The notes: a model not told the origin generated them from the sequence alone. Counted from the first letter of the stretch, positions 50,699-62,700 are shown. The stretch: DNA of 64,000 bases from Acidobacteriota bacterium (GCA_965263035.1 OZ253580.1:608001-672000), one strand, 5' to 3'. Made by a program: numbers and translations.

Positions 50699-51484
50699 AT
50701 GCTGAAGTTTCCCGTTGATTCGCAACTAACTCAGTCCGCGGTGAAGGCCGGGCTTCGATACGGTAACAAAAGCACTCACACCAGTCGGACGATGATGCTG
50801 GCCGAACTGAGCGAGCTTCTGGCGACCGTTCCCCCCGATGCTGAACGCGCTGACTACGCGGCGGCCATTATCGACGAGAACGTCCTCGGCAAGGCAACGG
50901 CAGCGACGCGACGTCTGACGAACCAGCGATTGGGTGAGCTTTTTGCGCTCGACTCGCGCGTCCCCATTTTTCGGGTTCTGCGCAAACTCTGGCCGGTGGA
51001 CGCGGCCGGGCGGCCCCTGCTATCAATGCTGTGCGCTCTGGCACGCGATCCGCTGCTGCGTTCGACGGCCGCGTTGGTGCTCGAGTTGCCGGTGGGCGCC
51101 GAACTGATTCGGGCGCGCCTGGTCGACACCATCCGTCAGGCTGTAGGACAGCGCCTCAATGACGCCGTGGTTGACAAGGTGGCCAGAAACAGCGCGAGTT
51201 CCTGGGCCCAGGCCGGCCATCTTGTCGGTCGCGTTCGTAAGACTCGCAGACGAGTGGCCCCGACGCCCGGAACCCTGGCAATGGCATTCTGGCTGGGTAT
51301 GGTCGAGGGACTCGCCGGCAGAGCCCTGCTCGACAGCCGGTGGGCGCAAGTGCTCGATCGAAGTGGAGTGGCGCTGATACCGGTCGCTTTGCGGGCGAAG
51401 CAACTGGGCCTTATTCACGTGCGAACCGGAGGCGACGTCGTCGAGATTGACGCGCGATGGCTGGATCCGGCGATGGAGGTCTGA
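50699..51484 (+). CDS. brxA: BREX BrxA-like protein
   Basis: HTSRTMML, ENVLGK, ARDPLLR, SSWAQAGHL; first gene before brxB-brxC. Confidence 0.72.
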   Translation: MLKFPVDSQLTQSAVKAGLRYGNKSTHTSRTMMLAELSELLATVPPDAERADYAAAIIDENVLGKATAATRRLTNQRLGELFALDSRVPIFRVLRKLWPVDAAGRPLLSMLCALARDPLLRSTAALVLELPVGAELIRARLVDTIRQAVGQRLNDAVVDKVARNSASSWAQAGHLVGRVRKTRRRVAPTPGTLAMAFWLGMVEGLAGRALLDSRWAQVLDRSGVALIPVALRAKQLGLIHVRTGGDVVEIDARWLDPAMEV

Positions 51485-51486
51485 AG

Positions 51487-52044
51487 ATGGGCAAGATCGA
51501 GGATCTGGCGGCAGTCTACGAGCAGCATGTGAGCGTACCCTGGCAGCGAACCTTGGCGGGCGCGCAACGGGTGATGTTGGTAGTCTACGAAAAGGAATCG
51601 GAGCGGACCATGCGAGCGCGCATCGGGGAGTTCAAACAGGCGACCGAGCGTAGCGGGCACCGTTGGACGCTGGTCGATTGCACACGCTGGTTCACCCAGT
51701 GGCTGGCCGGGGACGAGTACCGGGAAGCTTGGTTTGAAAATCCGGGACTCTTGGGAATGAAAATCGAAGGGGAGTTCCGCGGTCAAGCGGTGCGTAGGCT
51801 AGCGGCGGAGTTGGAGAACGCCGGCGAAGACACCGTGGTGGCGCTCCTGGGGGTAGGTTCACTCTATGGCTTTCTGCGCGTCTCCGATCTGATCCGCTCC
51901 GTGGAGCAATCGATCCGGGGCCGGCTCGTCGTCTTTTTCCCCGGCACCAAGAACGACAACAACTACCGGTTGCTCGACGCACGTGACGGCTGGAGCTATC
52001 TGGCGCAGGGCATCACACTCCACGGCGGAGGTCTGATCCCGTGA
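51487..52044 (+). CDS. brxB: BREX BrxB (DUF1788)
   Basis: GSLYGFLRVS, GRLVVFFPG, NYRLLDARDGWSYLA. Confidence 0.85.
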   Translation: MGKIEDLAAVYEQHVSVPWQRTLAGAQRVMLVVYEKESERTMRARIGEFKQATERSGHRWTLVDCTRWFTQWLAGDEYREAWFENPGLLGMKIEGEFRGQAVRRLAAELENAGEDTVVALLGVGSLYGFLRVSDLIRSVEQSIRGRLVVFFPGTKNDNNYRLLDARDGWSYLAQGITLHGGGLIP

Positions 52045-55000
52045 AGATCCATGAGGTACTCGATCGCGATCCCCGCACGGCACGTCTCGCCAACAACGGC
52101 CAAGCGCGGATCACGGAGACGGCGGACGAACAGGAAATGGCCGAATTACGCGCCGAGCTTGAAACCTTTGTCTGCGACGGACAGTTTGGCGATGCTCTCC
52201 AGCGGATACTGGACAGCTACCTTTCCAACATCGGGAATCCCCGCCAGGACTCGGCCTGGGTCAGTGGCTTCTTTGGTAGCGGCAAGTCCCACCTGCTCAA
52301 GATGCTGACCCATTTGTGGGTGAACACACGGTTTCCCGACGGCGCCCGAGCCCGCGCCCTGGTGCGCCGAGGACTTCCGGACGAGATCCAGGCGCAGCTT
52401 CGCGAACTCGACATCCAGGCACGCCGCACCGGCAAGGCTCCAGTGGCCGCGGCCGGCACGCTCTTGGGAGGCAGTATCGACCACGTGAGGAGCACGGTGC
52501 TCTCGATACTGTTGCGCGCCCGCGGCTGGCCCGCACAGTACCCTCAGGCCCAGTTCTGCTTCTGGCTACGGGAACAGGGTCTCCTGGAAACCGTCCGCGG
52601 CGCGGTCGAAGCGGCAGACAAGGTTTGGCTCAGCGAGTTGAACAATCTGTATGTCAGCCCGGTGATCGCTCGCGCTTTGATCGACGCCGACCCGGGCTTC
52701 GCGGCCGACCTCCAGAGCGCTCGCCAAGTGCTGATTCATCAGTTCCCCCAGCTCACCACTGATATCAGCACCGAGCAGTTCATCGAATCGGCTACAAAGG
52801 CGCTCGCCGATGATGGGTCGCTGCCGTTGACCGTCCTGGTTCTGGACGAGGTCCAGCAGTACATCAACGAGGTGCAGGACCGATCGGCCGCCATCACCGA
52901 GGTCGCCGAGGCGGTCCAGACGGAGTTCGACAGTCGCGTCATGCTGGTCGGGGCCGGCCAGTCGGCCCTTTCCGCCGACACGCACGCCCTGATGTGGTTG
53001 CGCGACCGTTTCCGGATCGCGGTGGAGTTGAGCGACTCGGACGTCACGGCGGTGACCCGCAAGGTGCTGCTGCACAAGAAGCCGAGCGCCGTCCAGGAGG
53101 TCGAGCGGATGTTCGAGGCGCACTCCGGCGAGGTGGCGCGCCATCTCCAGGGTACCCGTCTCGGGTCACGGACCGAAGACCGCAGGATCGCACCCTCGAC
53201 TACCCGCTGCTCTGTTCCAGGCGCCGCTTCTGGGAGGCCTGCTTCCAGGCGGTCGACACGGCCGGGAGCCAGAGCCAACTCCGCTCGCAACTCCGTATCC
53301 TTCACGACTCGCTCCACCGAGTCGCCGAACGGCCCCTCGGCGGCACCATCCCGGCAAGCGATCTCTTCGACGCGCTGGCGCCGAGTCTGGTTAACACCAG
53401 CGTGCTCCTGAACGAGATCAACACCCGCATCCGGAAACTCGACGACGGCACGGAGGAAGGCCGCCTCCGGTGTGATCTGTGCGGGCTCGTCTTCCTGATC
53501 GGCAAGCTCCCGCGCGAGGCGCTGGTGGACGCTGGGGTGCGGGCGAACGCCGTCACGCTGGCCGACCTGCTGGTTGTCGACGTGACCGCCGACTCCGGTC
53601 CATTCCGCAAGAGGGTGGCCGATACCCTGGACGGCCTGGCCCGCGAAGCCATCATCATGCGCGTGGGGGACGAATTCCGCCTCCAGACCACCGAGGGCGC
53701 CGAATGGGACGGGGAGTTTCGCGCGCGGCAGGCCGCGCTAAGACAGACCGAGGTCGAAATCGCGTCCCGCCGCGATCAGCATTTCGGCGCTGCGGTCCAG
53801 GAGATCCTGAACGGAATCAGACTCATCCACGGGAAACCCAAACTCCGGCGTACACTCTCGCTGCACGTCGGCAGCGACCTTCCCGGACCGGGAGGCGACA
53901 AAGTCGCCGTGTGGCTGCGCGACGGCTGGTCGGCGCGCCCATGGGATATGGAAAGCGAAGCTCGGCGGCTGGGGACCGAGGATCCGATCCTCCATGTCCA
54001 TCTGCCCAAGAAGAACGCCGATCTGCTTAAGGATCGGATCATCGACATCGAGGCCGCCCGCCAAGTCCTCGACCACTATGGGACACCGACGTCCTCCGAG
54101 GGCAAGGAGGCGCGTGAGAGCATAAAGAGCCGGCAAGCACTTGCCGAGCATGAGCGGGACGACATTATCGGCGAGATCATCCGCTCCGCGACAGTCCTCC
54201 AAGGGGGTGGCAGCGAGATCTTCGGGACGGACCTCTCGGAGAAGCTGACTACCGGCGCCAAGGCGTCCCTTGCGCGCCTCTTTCACCGGTTCGGCGACAG
54301 CGATCACAAGGCATGGGAAGCCGCCCTGCACCGCGCCAGGGACGGTTCGGACCAGCCGCTTAAGGTGGTCGGTTGGGATGGCGCTACCGATGCCCACCCT
54401 GTGGCCAAGGAAGTGCTCAGCGTCATCGGCACGGGCGCGCGCGGCACGGCGATCCACAAGAAGCTCAAAGTGGCTCCTTATGGCTGGCCCCAAGACGCCA
54501 TCGATGCGGTGCTGATCGCGCTTCACCGCGCCGGATACCTGCGCGTCACTCGAAACGGGCAGCCCGTACCCACGGGTGGGCTCGACCAAGCCGGGATAAA
54601 GGGGGCGGAGTTCCGCCCAGAGAAAGTCCGCCTGACGACGAGCCAACGGATCGCCCTTCGCGGCCTATTCGCTAAGCTCGACGTGACGACAAGACCGGGG
54701 AAGAGGAGATCCGCGCGCCCGAGTTCCTCGATGCCCTCGCCGATCTCGGAGGCCGCGCGGGCGGCCCGGCTCCGCTTCCAGCCGTACCGGACACCACGTT
54801 CGTCGATGACCTGAAGCTTCTGGCCGGCAGCGAGCAGCTCGCCGCCATTCACACCAGCAAGGATCATCTGGAGCAACAGATAGAGGTCTGGACCGAGCTG
54901 GAGAGAAGGGCTCGCCGCCGCAACCCAACTTGGAACCTCGCGACCGCACTTCGCCGCCACGCCGACGGACTTCCGGTGGCCGCTGAAATCGGACCGGATC

Positions 55001-55509
55001 TCGACGCCATCCATGCACAACGTTCGCTGCTGGCCGAGACCGACCAGGTCCGGCCGCTTGTAGCGACCCTTGCAGGCGCATTGCGCGATGCCCTAAGTGG
55101 GATGCACTTAAAGCTGACCGGGAAGATCAAGACCGCTGGAGCCACGCTGGTCAGCGACGCCAGTTGGTCGGCGTTGGACGCCCGTGATCAACAGGAGATC
55201 CGCCGTCGAACCGGCCTCGAAGCGCCGGCGGCTCCCGCCATGGCGACGGACGACGATTTGAGAAGGACACTCGACGCCCGCCCGCTCGACGCTTGGCGCG
55301 CCGAGATCGACGCCGTGACTGCACGGATCGACCGGGCAATGGAGGAGGCCGCCAAGCGGCTGCAGGAGATTAAGCCGGACCTTCGCACGACGACGGTCAA
55401 GGTTCGCCGGGGAACCCTGGCCGATGAGATGGCGGTGCGGAATTGGTTGCAGGAGCAGGAGGAGAAACTGGTCGAAGCAGTAAAGAACGGACCTGTGATC
55501 GTACGTTGA
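52041..55509 (+). pseudogene. brxC: BREX P-loop ATPase BrxC with two frameshifts
   Basis: WVSGFFGSGKSH, LDEVQQY, DYPLL, APYGWPQDA; reading frame shifts near 53184 and 54700. Confidence 0.88.
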
Positions 55510-55539
55510 TTGCGATGCATGGACACAAGGAACGGCAAC

Positions 55540-55900
55540 ATGCTCGGCACGCTCAAACTGGACAATTTTCGCGGATTCGACGCGTACGAATTGACTGATC
55601 TGACACGCGTCAATCTGCTCGTCGGCAAGAACAACTGTGGTAAGACGTCGATTCTCGAAGCGATACATCTTCTCGTTTCGGGCGGCGATCCCCTCGTCCT
55701 TGTGCGGATGGCGAATCGGCAGGGTGAAGTGAGTGACACGGACGCTGCGTCCGGACGAGGATGGGAACCCGACATCTCCCACTTCTTCTCCGGTCATCGT
55801 GTGACGCCGGGCATGGGTTTTCGTCTTTCTTCAGGTGACGGGAACGGAACGTACGGACAAGTGTCCGTCATGGTTGAACATGCCGCCCTTGAAGACCCGG
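55540..55900 (+). pseudogene. AAA_15/AAA_21-type ATPase, N-terminal fragment
   Basis: LDNFRGF, VNLLVGKNNCGKTSILEAI; no Walker B follows; ORF continues to 56307 in apparently unrelated sequence. Confidence 0.65.
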
Positions 55901-56594
55901 TCCAACGTGACCTTGGTCAAAAATATGCTGCAACGCTTGGCAACACCGCATCCGACTATGCAAGCGATCAACGCGCTCCGTTCATGAATCCTGCGCGTGC
56001 TGACGCTCTTCAATCTCGATGCGGAAGCTGGGTCGGCAGAATACTCACGCAATACGAGCCTTCTTTGGCCTCTAAGACTATAGTCGACGTGAAACGAGGG
56101 AGCTTGAACGCCGCCAAGAGGCTGATGGATTGGGCTCGCGCATCTCCCGTCTCCGGTTTTCCGGACGGTCAAAAGAAGGAGGGATATGAAGTCCCTCATC
56201 GAGACATGAAGCCCGTTGTTGAGTCGACGACCGCGCCCTTGGTGGCGACAGACAACGACCTGAGACGGCCGCTCCCGATTCGACGGGGTTGGTGTTGTGA
56301 AAGCTGAGCGTGCTGATTGGGCAGAACGGATCCGACAAGTCGAGAGCGCCGCTGGCATGGCCGTGTATTCTTCCAGGCCGTGGCGTGTGCCGGTGATTCG
56401 CTGACCACACTTTCGCCAGAGGTCAAACAACGGCGAAGCACATGGATGATGCAAGAGACGGAAACGAGAAACCCCGTCGCGATCTCGGTACGGGATCAAA
56501 TAGGACTGGACGCCAGAACGTTGATGCCCATTATTTAGTTTAGTGGAAATTCTGTCGCGCACAACCGCACCCAATAAGAATCAGGAGCAATTTC

Positions 56595-58367
56595 GTGGAC
56601 CACGGTTGGTTTGAAATGCGCGCGGTTCGCCGCCGTAAACTCGCAAATGCAGTGTGGATACCATTAAGAGCTATCCACCGCATCGAAGAAATCGGACGTA
56701 AAGGACACGCTGGATACAGGACGGAGTTTTATGGCGTTGGAACTTTGGCCGTTCCTACAAAATACAGGCGAGATGCCGAGAAGCTAGGATGGAGCGAGAT
56801 CGGGATAAGGTACCAGCATTCCGGATGTGTCGACAACGGCAAGTATCTTCCCGCAGACACATATAACGATTATCGTAGCGAGCTGTCCGGCATACATTTG
56901 GTACTGCATCAAGTTTTCAATAGTGTAGATCCTTCGGAATGGCATCTACATCAGGACTTGGTTATTACGCTCGGGCTGAAGCGAGAAGGCGATGTCTGGG
57001 TTCGTCCAGATGAAGGTTACGATTCGATTGCCCGGCTCTCCAAGGGAGAAGACGGCACCCCCTATCTTCTCGAAATACGTTCATCACACTTGAGAGATTA
57101 TCTCTCCGCCCGCGGGATGGGCCTGTATGTCACGTCCTATCGTGAACGAGTCGAGATACGTGAAGAGGTCGGGCAAACAGCATGGGCGGAGAAGCAGGCC
57201 GATGAAGTTAGCAGTAACGATCGTTGGCAGGGTCGTATCCTGACAATACATGAAGGTGGCATGCCTTATGGTGAAAAAACAGCCGTTATCCATGTCGCCA
57301 GAACCGATGTGGATCCAAAAGAAGATGTTCCGGTTATTTGCGGGCCACCGACGAACGATAAAGTAACCTCGCAGTCATGGACCGTAGAACACACTGGGGC
57401 AAAGCTGTATCGGGTCACCGGAGAATTGTGGCGTACTGAGTGGATCGAACCTTTGTCTCGCAGTCCGATTGTTCGCGGTGATGACGTATCACCGACGGTC
57501 TTCTTCATCACCGATGCAGAAGGGAAGCGAGAGAACAGAGAAACATTGGTTGAAGGAGGGCGATGGCTTTGGTTTCGTCCCGAGGTAATGACCGCGCTTG
57601 CACATCGGAGAGGAGGCTCGCTCAATTGGTACACAAAGGATACGGGAGGAGTAGGCTGCTCGCCGGACAGCACCGTGCACTTTGGGGTCAACTCTCTTGG
57701 TTTGATTAACGTCTATGCAAAAGATATAGCGATTTTACCCGAGTGGGAGCAGAAAATCTGGGCTGGCTACAACATAAGCCCCGAAGGCAAAGTTTCTAAT
57801 GAGTTACTCGCATCGCAAGTCAAAGCCGATCCAGCGAACACACAAGCACCAGAAAATTTTTTGGACAAGAGTTTATCCAGGTTAAATGACCTTGCAAACG
57901 AAAAACTCGGAATCGATCTGATCAGACCGCACAAACAGATTCCACACCTGATTACACGTGCCCATCGTTTTCGAGCTACGGACCAAGACGGGCTATTTGC
58001 ATTGGGGAAAGATCTGACCCGGCTAACAGCCGATAGCCTTGATACCGCTGAACTCAAGAAACTAGTAGTCCCTCCTGAGGGTAAGAAATGGGGCTCCCTC
58101 AAGTTGTTGCAGAATCTTCTAGCGACCAAGATTCCCCCGGAGTCTGCCCAAAGAATTCTGAGTCCACTATTTTGGATATACGAACTCCGGCTTGCAGATG
58201 CACATCTTCCCAAGCAGAGGCTTGGCGATGTCTTGAGTTCATTGGGAGTGGATCAAGACGCACCCTACGTTATCCAGGGCTATCAGCTATTACACGCTTG
58301 TATCAGCAGCATTTATAGCATTTGTCAAGTTATTGAGAACTGGTGTGACGAAGAAATTGAGTCGTAG
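56595..58367 (+). CDS. hypothetical 590-aa protein inside BREX locus, possible C-terminal HEPN-like domain
   Basis: Intact long ORF, lower GC than flanks; helical C-terminus with RLADAH. Confidence 0.8.
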   Translation: MDHGWFEMRAVRRRKLANAVWIPLRAIHRIEEIGRKGHAGYRTEFYGVGTLAVPTKYRRDAEKLGWSEIGIRYQHSGCVDNGKYLPADTYNDYRSELSGIHLVLHQVFNSVDPSEWHLHQDLVITLGLKREGDVWVRPDEGYDSIARLSKGEDGTPYLLEIRSSHLRDYLSARGMGLYVTSYRERVEIREEVGQTAWAEKQADEVSSNDRWQGRILTIHEGGMPYGEKTAVIHVARTDVDPKEDVPVICGPPTNDKVTSQSWTVEHTGAKLYRVTGELWRTEWIEPLSRSPIVRGDDVSPTVFFITDAEGKRENRETLVEGGRWLWFRPEVMTALAHRRGGSLNWYTKDTGGVGCSPDSTVHFGVNSLGLINVYAKDIAILPEWEQKIWAGYNISPEGKVSNELLASQVKADPANTQAPENFLDKSLSRLNDLANEKLGIDLIRPHKQIPHLITRAHRFRATDQDGLFALGKDLTRLTADSLDTAELKKLVVPPEGKKWGSLKLLQNLLATKIPPESAQRILSPLFWIYELRLADAHLPKQRLGDVLSSLGVDQDAPYVIQGYQLLHACISSIYSICQVIENWCDEEIES

Positions 58368-58400
58368 GGGTTTTTCCGGTCGCCGTTTGCGTAAGTCAGT

Positions 58401-61400
58401 ATGTTGATGAACACAATGTCACCAAGTCTACGAAAGCAACTCGAGCGGACTGTCGTTGACGCCCGCGAGGTTGCGGAGACCGGCGCTCGTGCGGCGCTGG
58501 AGGCGCTCGCCGTGCACCAGCACAAACCCTACAAACCCATGGCACCTAAGCAGCGCGGCCTGCGCCGACGACTACGCGCTCATGGCCGGCAGCTTGGCGA
58601 CCGGCGCGACGGGCGTGGAACCCAGACCATCGACCGCTTGGCGCATGAATGCGCGTATGAGCACTGGCACCGGATGTTGTTCGCGCGCTTCCTGGCGGAG
58701 AACCAGCTTCTGATCGAGCCGGATTCGGGCGTTGCCATTTCGCTGGACGAGTGCGAGGAGTTGGCACGCGAGCGGGCACAAGATCGCTGGACCCTAGCTG
58801 GTCGCTTTGCCGAACGGATGTTGCCGCGTATCTTTCGGCCCGACGCCCCCGCTCTTGAGGTCAGGCTTGCTCCGGAGATCCGACAAGCACTGGAGCGGCT
58901 GGTTGACTCGCTGCCGGTCGAGGTGTTTGCGGCGACGGATTCTCTCGGTTGGGTCTACCAGTTCTGGCAGTCCGAGAAGAAGAAAGAGGTGAACCGCTCC
59001 GAGGTCAAGATTGGGACGGACGAACTGCCTGCCGTGACGCAACTGTTCACCGAGCCGTACATGGTGAGTTTCCTGCTCGACAACGGCCTCGGAGCCTGGT
59101 GGGCGGCCCGCCGTCTCAACGATGCCGACCTGGAGAAAGCCGGATCCGAAGCCGAATTGCGCCGAAAAGCTGCGGTCCCCGGGGCGCCACTCGATTACCT
59201 GCGCCTAGCGCGACACGAAGACACCACAGGAACGACAAGGTGGCGACTCGCCCCCGGCAACTTCGACGGCTGGCCGGAGCATCTTGGGGAGCTGAAGATC
59301 CTGGACCCCTGTTGCGGTTCAGGGCATTTCATGGTCGTCGCCTTCTCGATGTTGGTTCCCATGCGCATGGCGCGGGAGCATCTCACGGCTCCCACCGCTG
59401 TAGATGCGGTATTGCGAGAGAACCTGCACGGCCTGGAGTTGGACCCGCGTTGCGTCGAGCTGGCCGCGTTCGCACTCGCTCTCGCCGCATGGACCTATCC
59501 CGGCGCCGGAGGGTATCGGCCACTGCCGGAGCTGAACCTCGCCTGCTCGGGTCTGACGCCCAACGCGACGAAGGAACAGTGGCTGGCGTTGGCGGAGCCG
59601 GCCGCGGCCGCCGGCGGGATGCCGACGGAGCGGAACCTGTTCGCCGTGCGGGATTCGCTGCTCTCCGCACCGCTCCGTAACAGCTTGGCCGCGCTCTACG
59701 ATCTTTTCTCGCAGGCCCCAGAACTAGGTTCCCTTATCGGGCCGCATGCTCTGAAGGCCAATCTCTTCCAGGGTGATTTCGAGTTGGTTCGGGGCCTGTT
59801 GGCAGCCACGCTGGAACAAGAGCGAACGACCGAGGAGCAGGCCGAGCGCGCCGTGGCTGCTCAGGGGATGGCGCGCGCAGCGGAATTGCTGGCGGGTCGT
59901 TACCACTGGGTGATCACGAACGTTCCCTACCTCACTCGCGGCAAGCAGGACGAAAAGCTGCGCACCTTCTGCGCGCAGCACTACCCCGCCTCCAAGAACG
60001 ATCTGGCCACGGTGTTCCTCGAGCGCTGCTTGGAGCTGTGCACGGAAGGCGGAACTGCCAGCCTCGTGCTGCCGCAGAACTGGCTGTTTTTGACCAGTTA
60101 CCGGAAGTTGAGGGAAAAACTGCTAAAGACGGAGATTTGGCATTTGCTCGCTCGGCTGGGTCCAGGTGCTTTCGAGACCATCAGCGGTGAGGTCGTCAAG
60201 GTGATCCTGCTCACCCTGATCCGCGGCCATCCCGCCGGCCACCCGATCGGTTTGTCAGACGAAACAAAGGCGTCCGGAATAATGTACGGCCTGGATGTTT
60301 CCGAATCCCGCACCGCTGGCGAGAAAGCTGCGCGGTTGCGGGTGGCGGAAATCCAAAGAGTTGAACAGGCCAGACAATTGAATAATCCGGATGCGCGGAT
60401 GGCATTGGAAGAGATCCCCACCGAAGCAAGATTGGATAACTATTGCGCAAGCATTGAAGGCCTGACAACCGGGGATATGGAGAGATTTGTCAGTAAATTT
60501 TGGGAGGGAGCACTTTCAAGAGGTTGGGACCCATACATTCAAAACGTAGATTACAATACACATTTCGGAGGCCGTACCGATCGTATTCTGTGGGAAAAAG
60601 GAGACGGTGTATTGTCCCGATTTCCGACCGCACATAATTTTCCCGGAGAAATCATGAATGGAAAGAGGATTCTGGGAAAATCCGGACTACGCGTTACCCA
60701 AATGAGAAAACTCCCTGTAACAATTTATACGGGTGAGGTATTTGGGAAGAGCGGAGCAACAGTAGTACCGGACGATTTGAAACATCTTCCTGCCATATAC
60801 TGCTTCTGCTCCTCCCCAGATTACAACCAGTTGGTGCGGCAAATCGACCAGAAACTCAACGTCACGAACGCCACGCTGGTCAAGGTCCCCTTCGACCTCG
60901 ACCGCTGGACCAGAATCGCACGAGAGAGATACCCCAACGGCCTCCCCTGCCCCTACTCCGATGATCCCACCCAATGGATCTTCCACGGCCACCCCTGCGG
61001 GTCTGTGGTCTGGGACGAGACGGAGAAACGAACCGAGCAGGGTCCGATTCGCACAGACTCAACAGTGTTGCAGATCGCCGTCGCCCGGCTGCTAGGAGGC
61101 TGTCCGAGAACTCGAAAAATCATAGTTTTTGAAAACTTAACCCTTTATAAATCAATAGTTTACAAACAAGACTTTTTTAAAATAGTCTATTCTCGGACAG
61201 CCTCCTAGGCTACCGCTGGCCCGCAGAGCAGGATGTCGATATGGAGTTGGCCACAGAGCAACGCGAATGGGTCCGGAGCTGCGACGCTTTGCCTGCCTGC
61301 GCGGACAAGGATGGCATCGTCTGCGTCCCATCGGTGCGAGGCGAGCCACCGGCCTGGGAACGGCTGCTCCGATTGCTGTCAACCTCCTACGGAGATTCAT

Positions 61401-62134
61401 GGAACGACGCTGTGCTCGGCAAACTGCTTTCCGGAGCAGGCAGTCCAAATCTTGATGAGTGGCTGCACGACCGTTTCTTCGACCAACATTGCAAACTGTT
61501 CCGCCAGCGCCCCTTCATCTGGCACGTCTGGGACGGCCGGCGGCGTGACGGCTTCCATGCACTGGTCAACTCCCACAAGTTGGCCAAGAGCGGCGGCAAA
61601 GGCCGCCGATGCCTGGAATCCCTCACCTACAGCTATCTCGGCGACTGGATCAACCGGCAGCAGGACAGCGTGAAACACGGCGAAGGCGGCGCGGAAGGCC
61701 GGCTGGACGCGGCACTGGAACTGCAAAAGCGGCTCGTTGCCATTCTTGACGGCGAGCCGCCCTTCGACATCTTCGTCCGCTGGAAATCCATCGACCAACA
61801 GCCCATCGGCTGGGAGCCGGACATAAACGACGGCGTGCGGCTCAACATCCGCCCATTTATGGCCGAAGACATCCCCGGCGGGAGGAAGGGCGCCGGCATC
61901 CTGCGCACCAAGCCGAACATCCACTGGCGAAAGGATCGCGGAAAAGAACCCTACCGTGAGAAGGAGTATTTCCCCTGGTTCTGGAATTGTCCCGGCAACG
62001 GCACACGCGCCGAGCGAGTCGACTTCAGAGGTCGCCGTGACTTCGACGGCAATCGCTGGAATGACCTGCACTACACGAACGCCGCCAAGACAGCCGCGCG
62101 GTCGCGAAGGGCGGCCGAGGCCGCGACCTCGTGA
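58401..62134 (+). pseudogene. pglX: BREX adenine methyltransferase PglX, interrupted by MITE
   Basis: AYEHWHRMLFARF, TQLFTEPYMV, DPCCGSG, TNVPY; MITE splits ARLLG/YRWPAE; C-terminus RPFIWH, DINDGVRLNIRPF. Confidence 0.9.
61096..61204. mobile_element. 109-bp MITE, copy B
   Basis: TIR GAGGCTGTCCGAGAA / TTCTCGGACAGCCTC; CTAG duplication 61092-61095 and 61205-61208. Confidence 0.93.
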
Positions 62135-62700
62135 GGACGCCGTTGTTCACCGAAGTCGAGTTTCGAGATTTCCTCTCCCGAGGAGCGGACCCGTTTCTGG
62201 AATTCAAGTCGGCACGGAACCGGGGTGACGCGAGGTCGGGACAAGTCAGTCCATCCGCGGGTCGAGATGCAATGGCTGAGTCTGTCCCGGCTTTTGTCGA
62301 TGCCGATGGCGGCCGATTCTTGATCGGCGTCGAGAAAGATGCCCCGCCCACGGGCCTCGAACATGCGAAGACAGTCATCACGGAAGGAATCGTCGACCAA
62401 GTCAGACGCGCAGCTACGCAACGGCTGCTCCTCCTGCCGCACGCAGTTCGTCAGATGGCCCACCCGGACAGAATGATCACACCAGGCGAGATCCGAGCGG
62501 TCATCGAGCAGGGTGCCATCATGGAGGATTGTCCGGGGGATTCACGCGGCCACAGTGGCTTGCTTAATGGACGAGGAAACAAAGGGCGGAACATCGACGT
62601 GGTCTGCTCTCCCAAGGAAGACTTTCTCGCCATCATCATAGCGTATCTTCCTTCGCAGAAAGAAAGGGAGCGAGGGCTGAGCACGAGGAAAACGTTATGA
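62131..62700 (+). CDS. chimera: Schlafen/AlbA_2 N-terminal fragment fused to DUF4258-type toxin
   Basis: FLEFKS..AFVDADGGRFLIGV, then PHAVRQM..IMEDCPGDSRGHS..VVCSP..IIIAYLP. Confidence 0.65.
   Translation: MRTPLFTEVEFRDFLSRGADPFLEFKSARNRGDARSGQVSPSAGRDAMAESVPAFVDADGGRFLIGVEKDAPPTGLEHAKTVITEGIVDQVRRAATQRLLLLPHAVRQMAHPDRMITPGEIRAVIEQGAIMEDCPGDSRGHSGLLNGRGNKGRNIDVVCSPKEDFLAIIIAYLPSQKERERGLSTRKTL

Noticed and set aside
53180-54705. Programmed frameshifting in brxC
   Set aside because: No slippery heptamer or stimulatory structure seen; mutation or sequencing error is simpler.
55900-56540. Tail of the 55510-56307 ORF and the 56317-56538 ORF as genes
   Set aside because: No recognisable motifs; probably eroded remnants.
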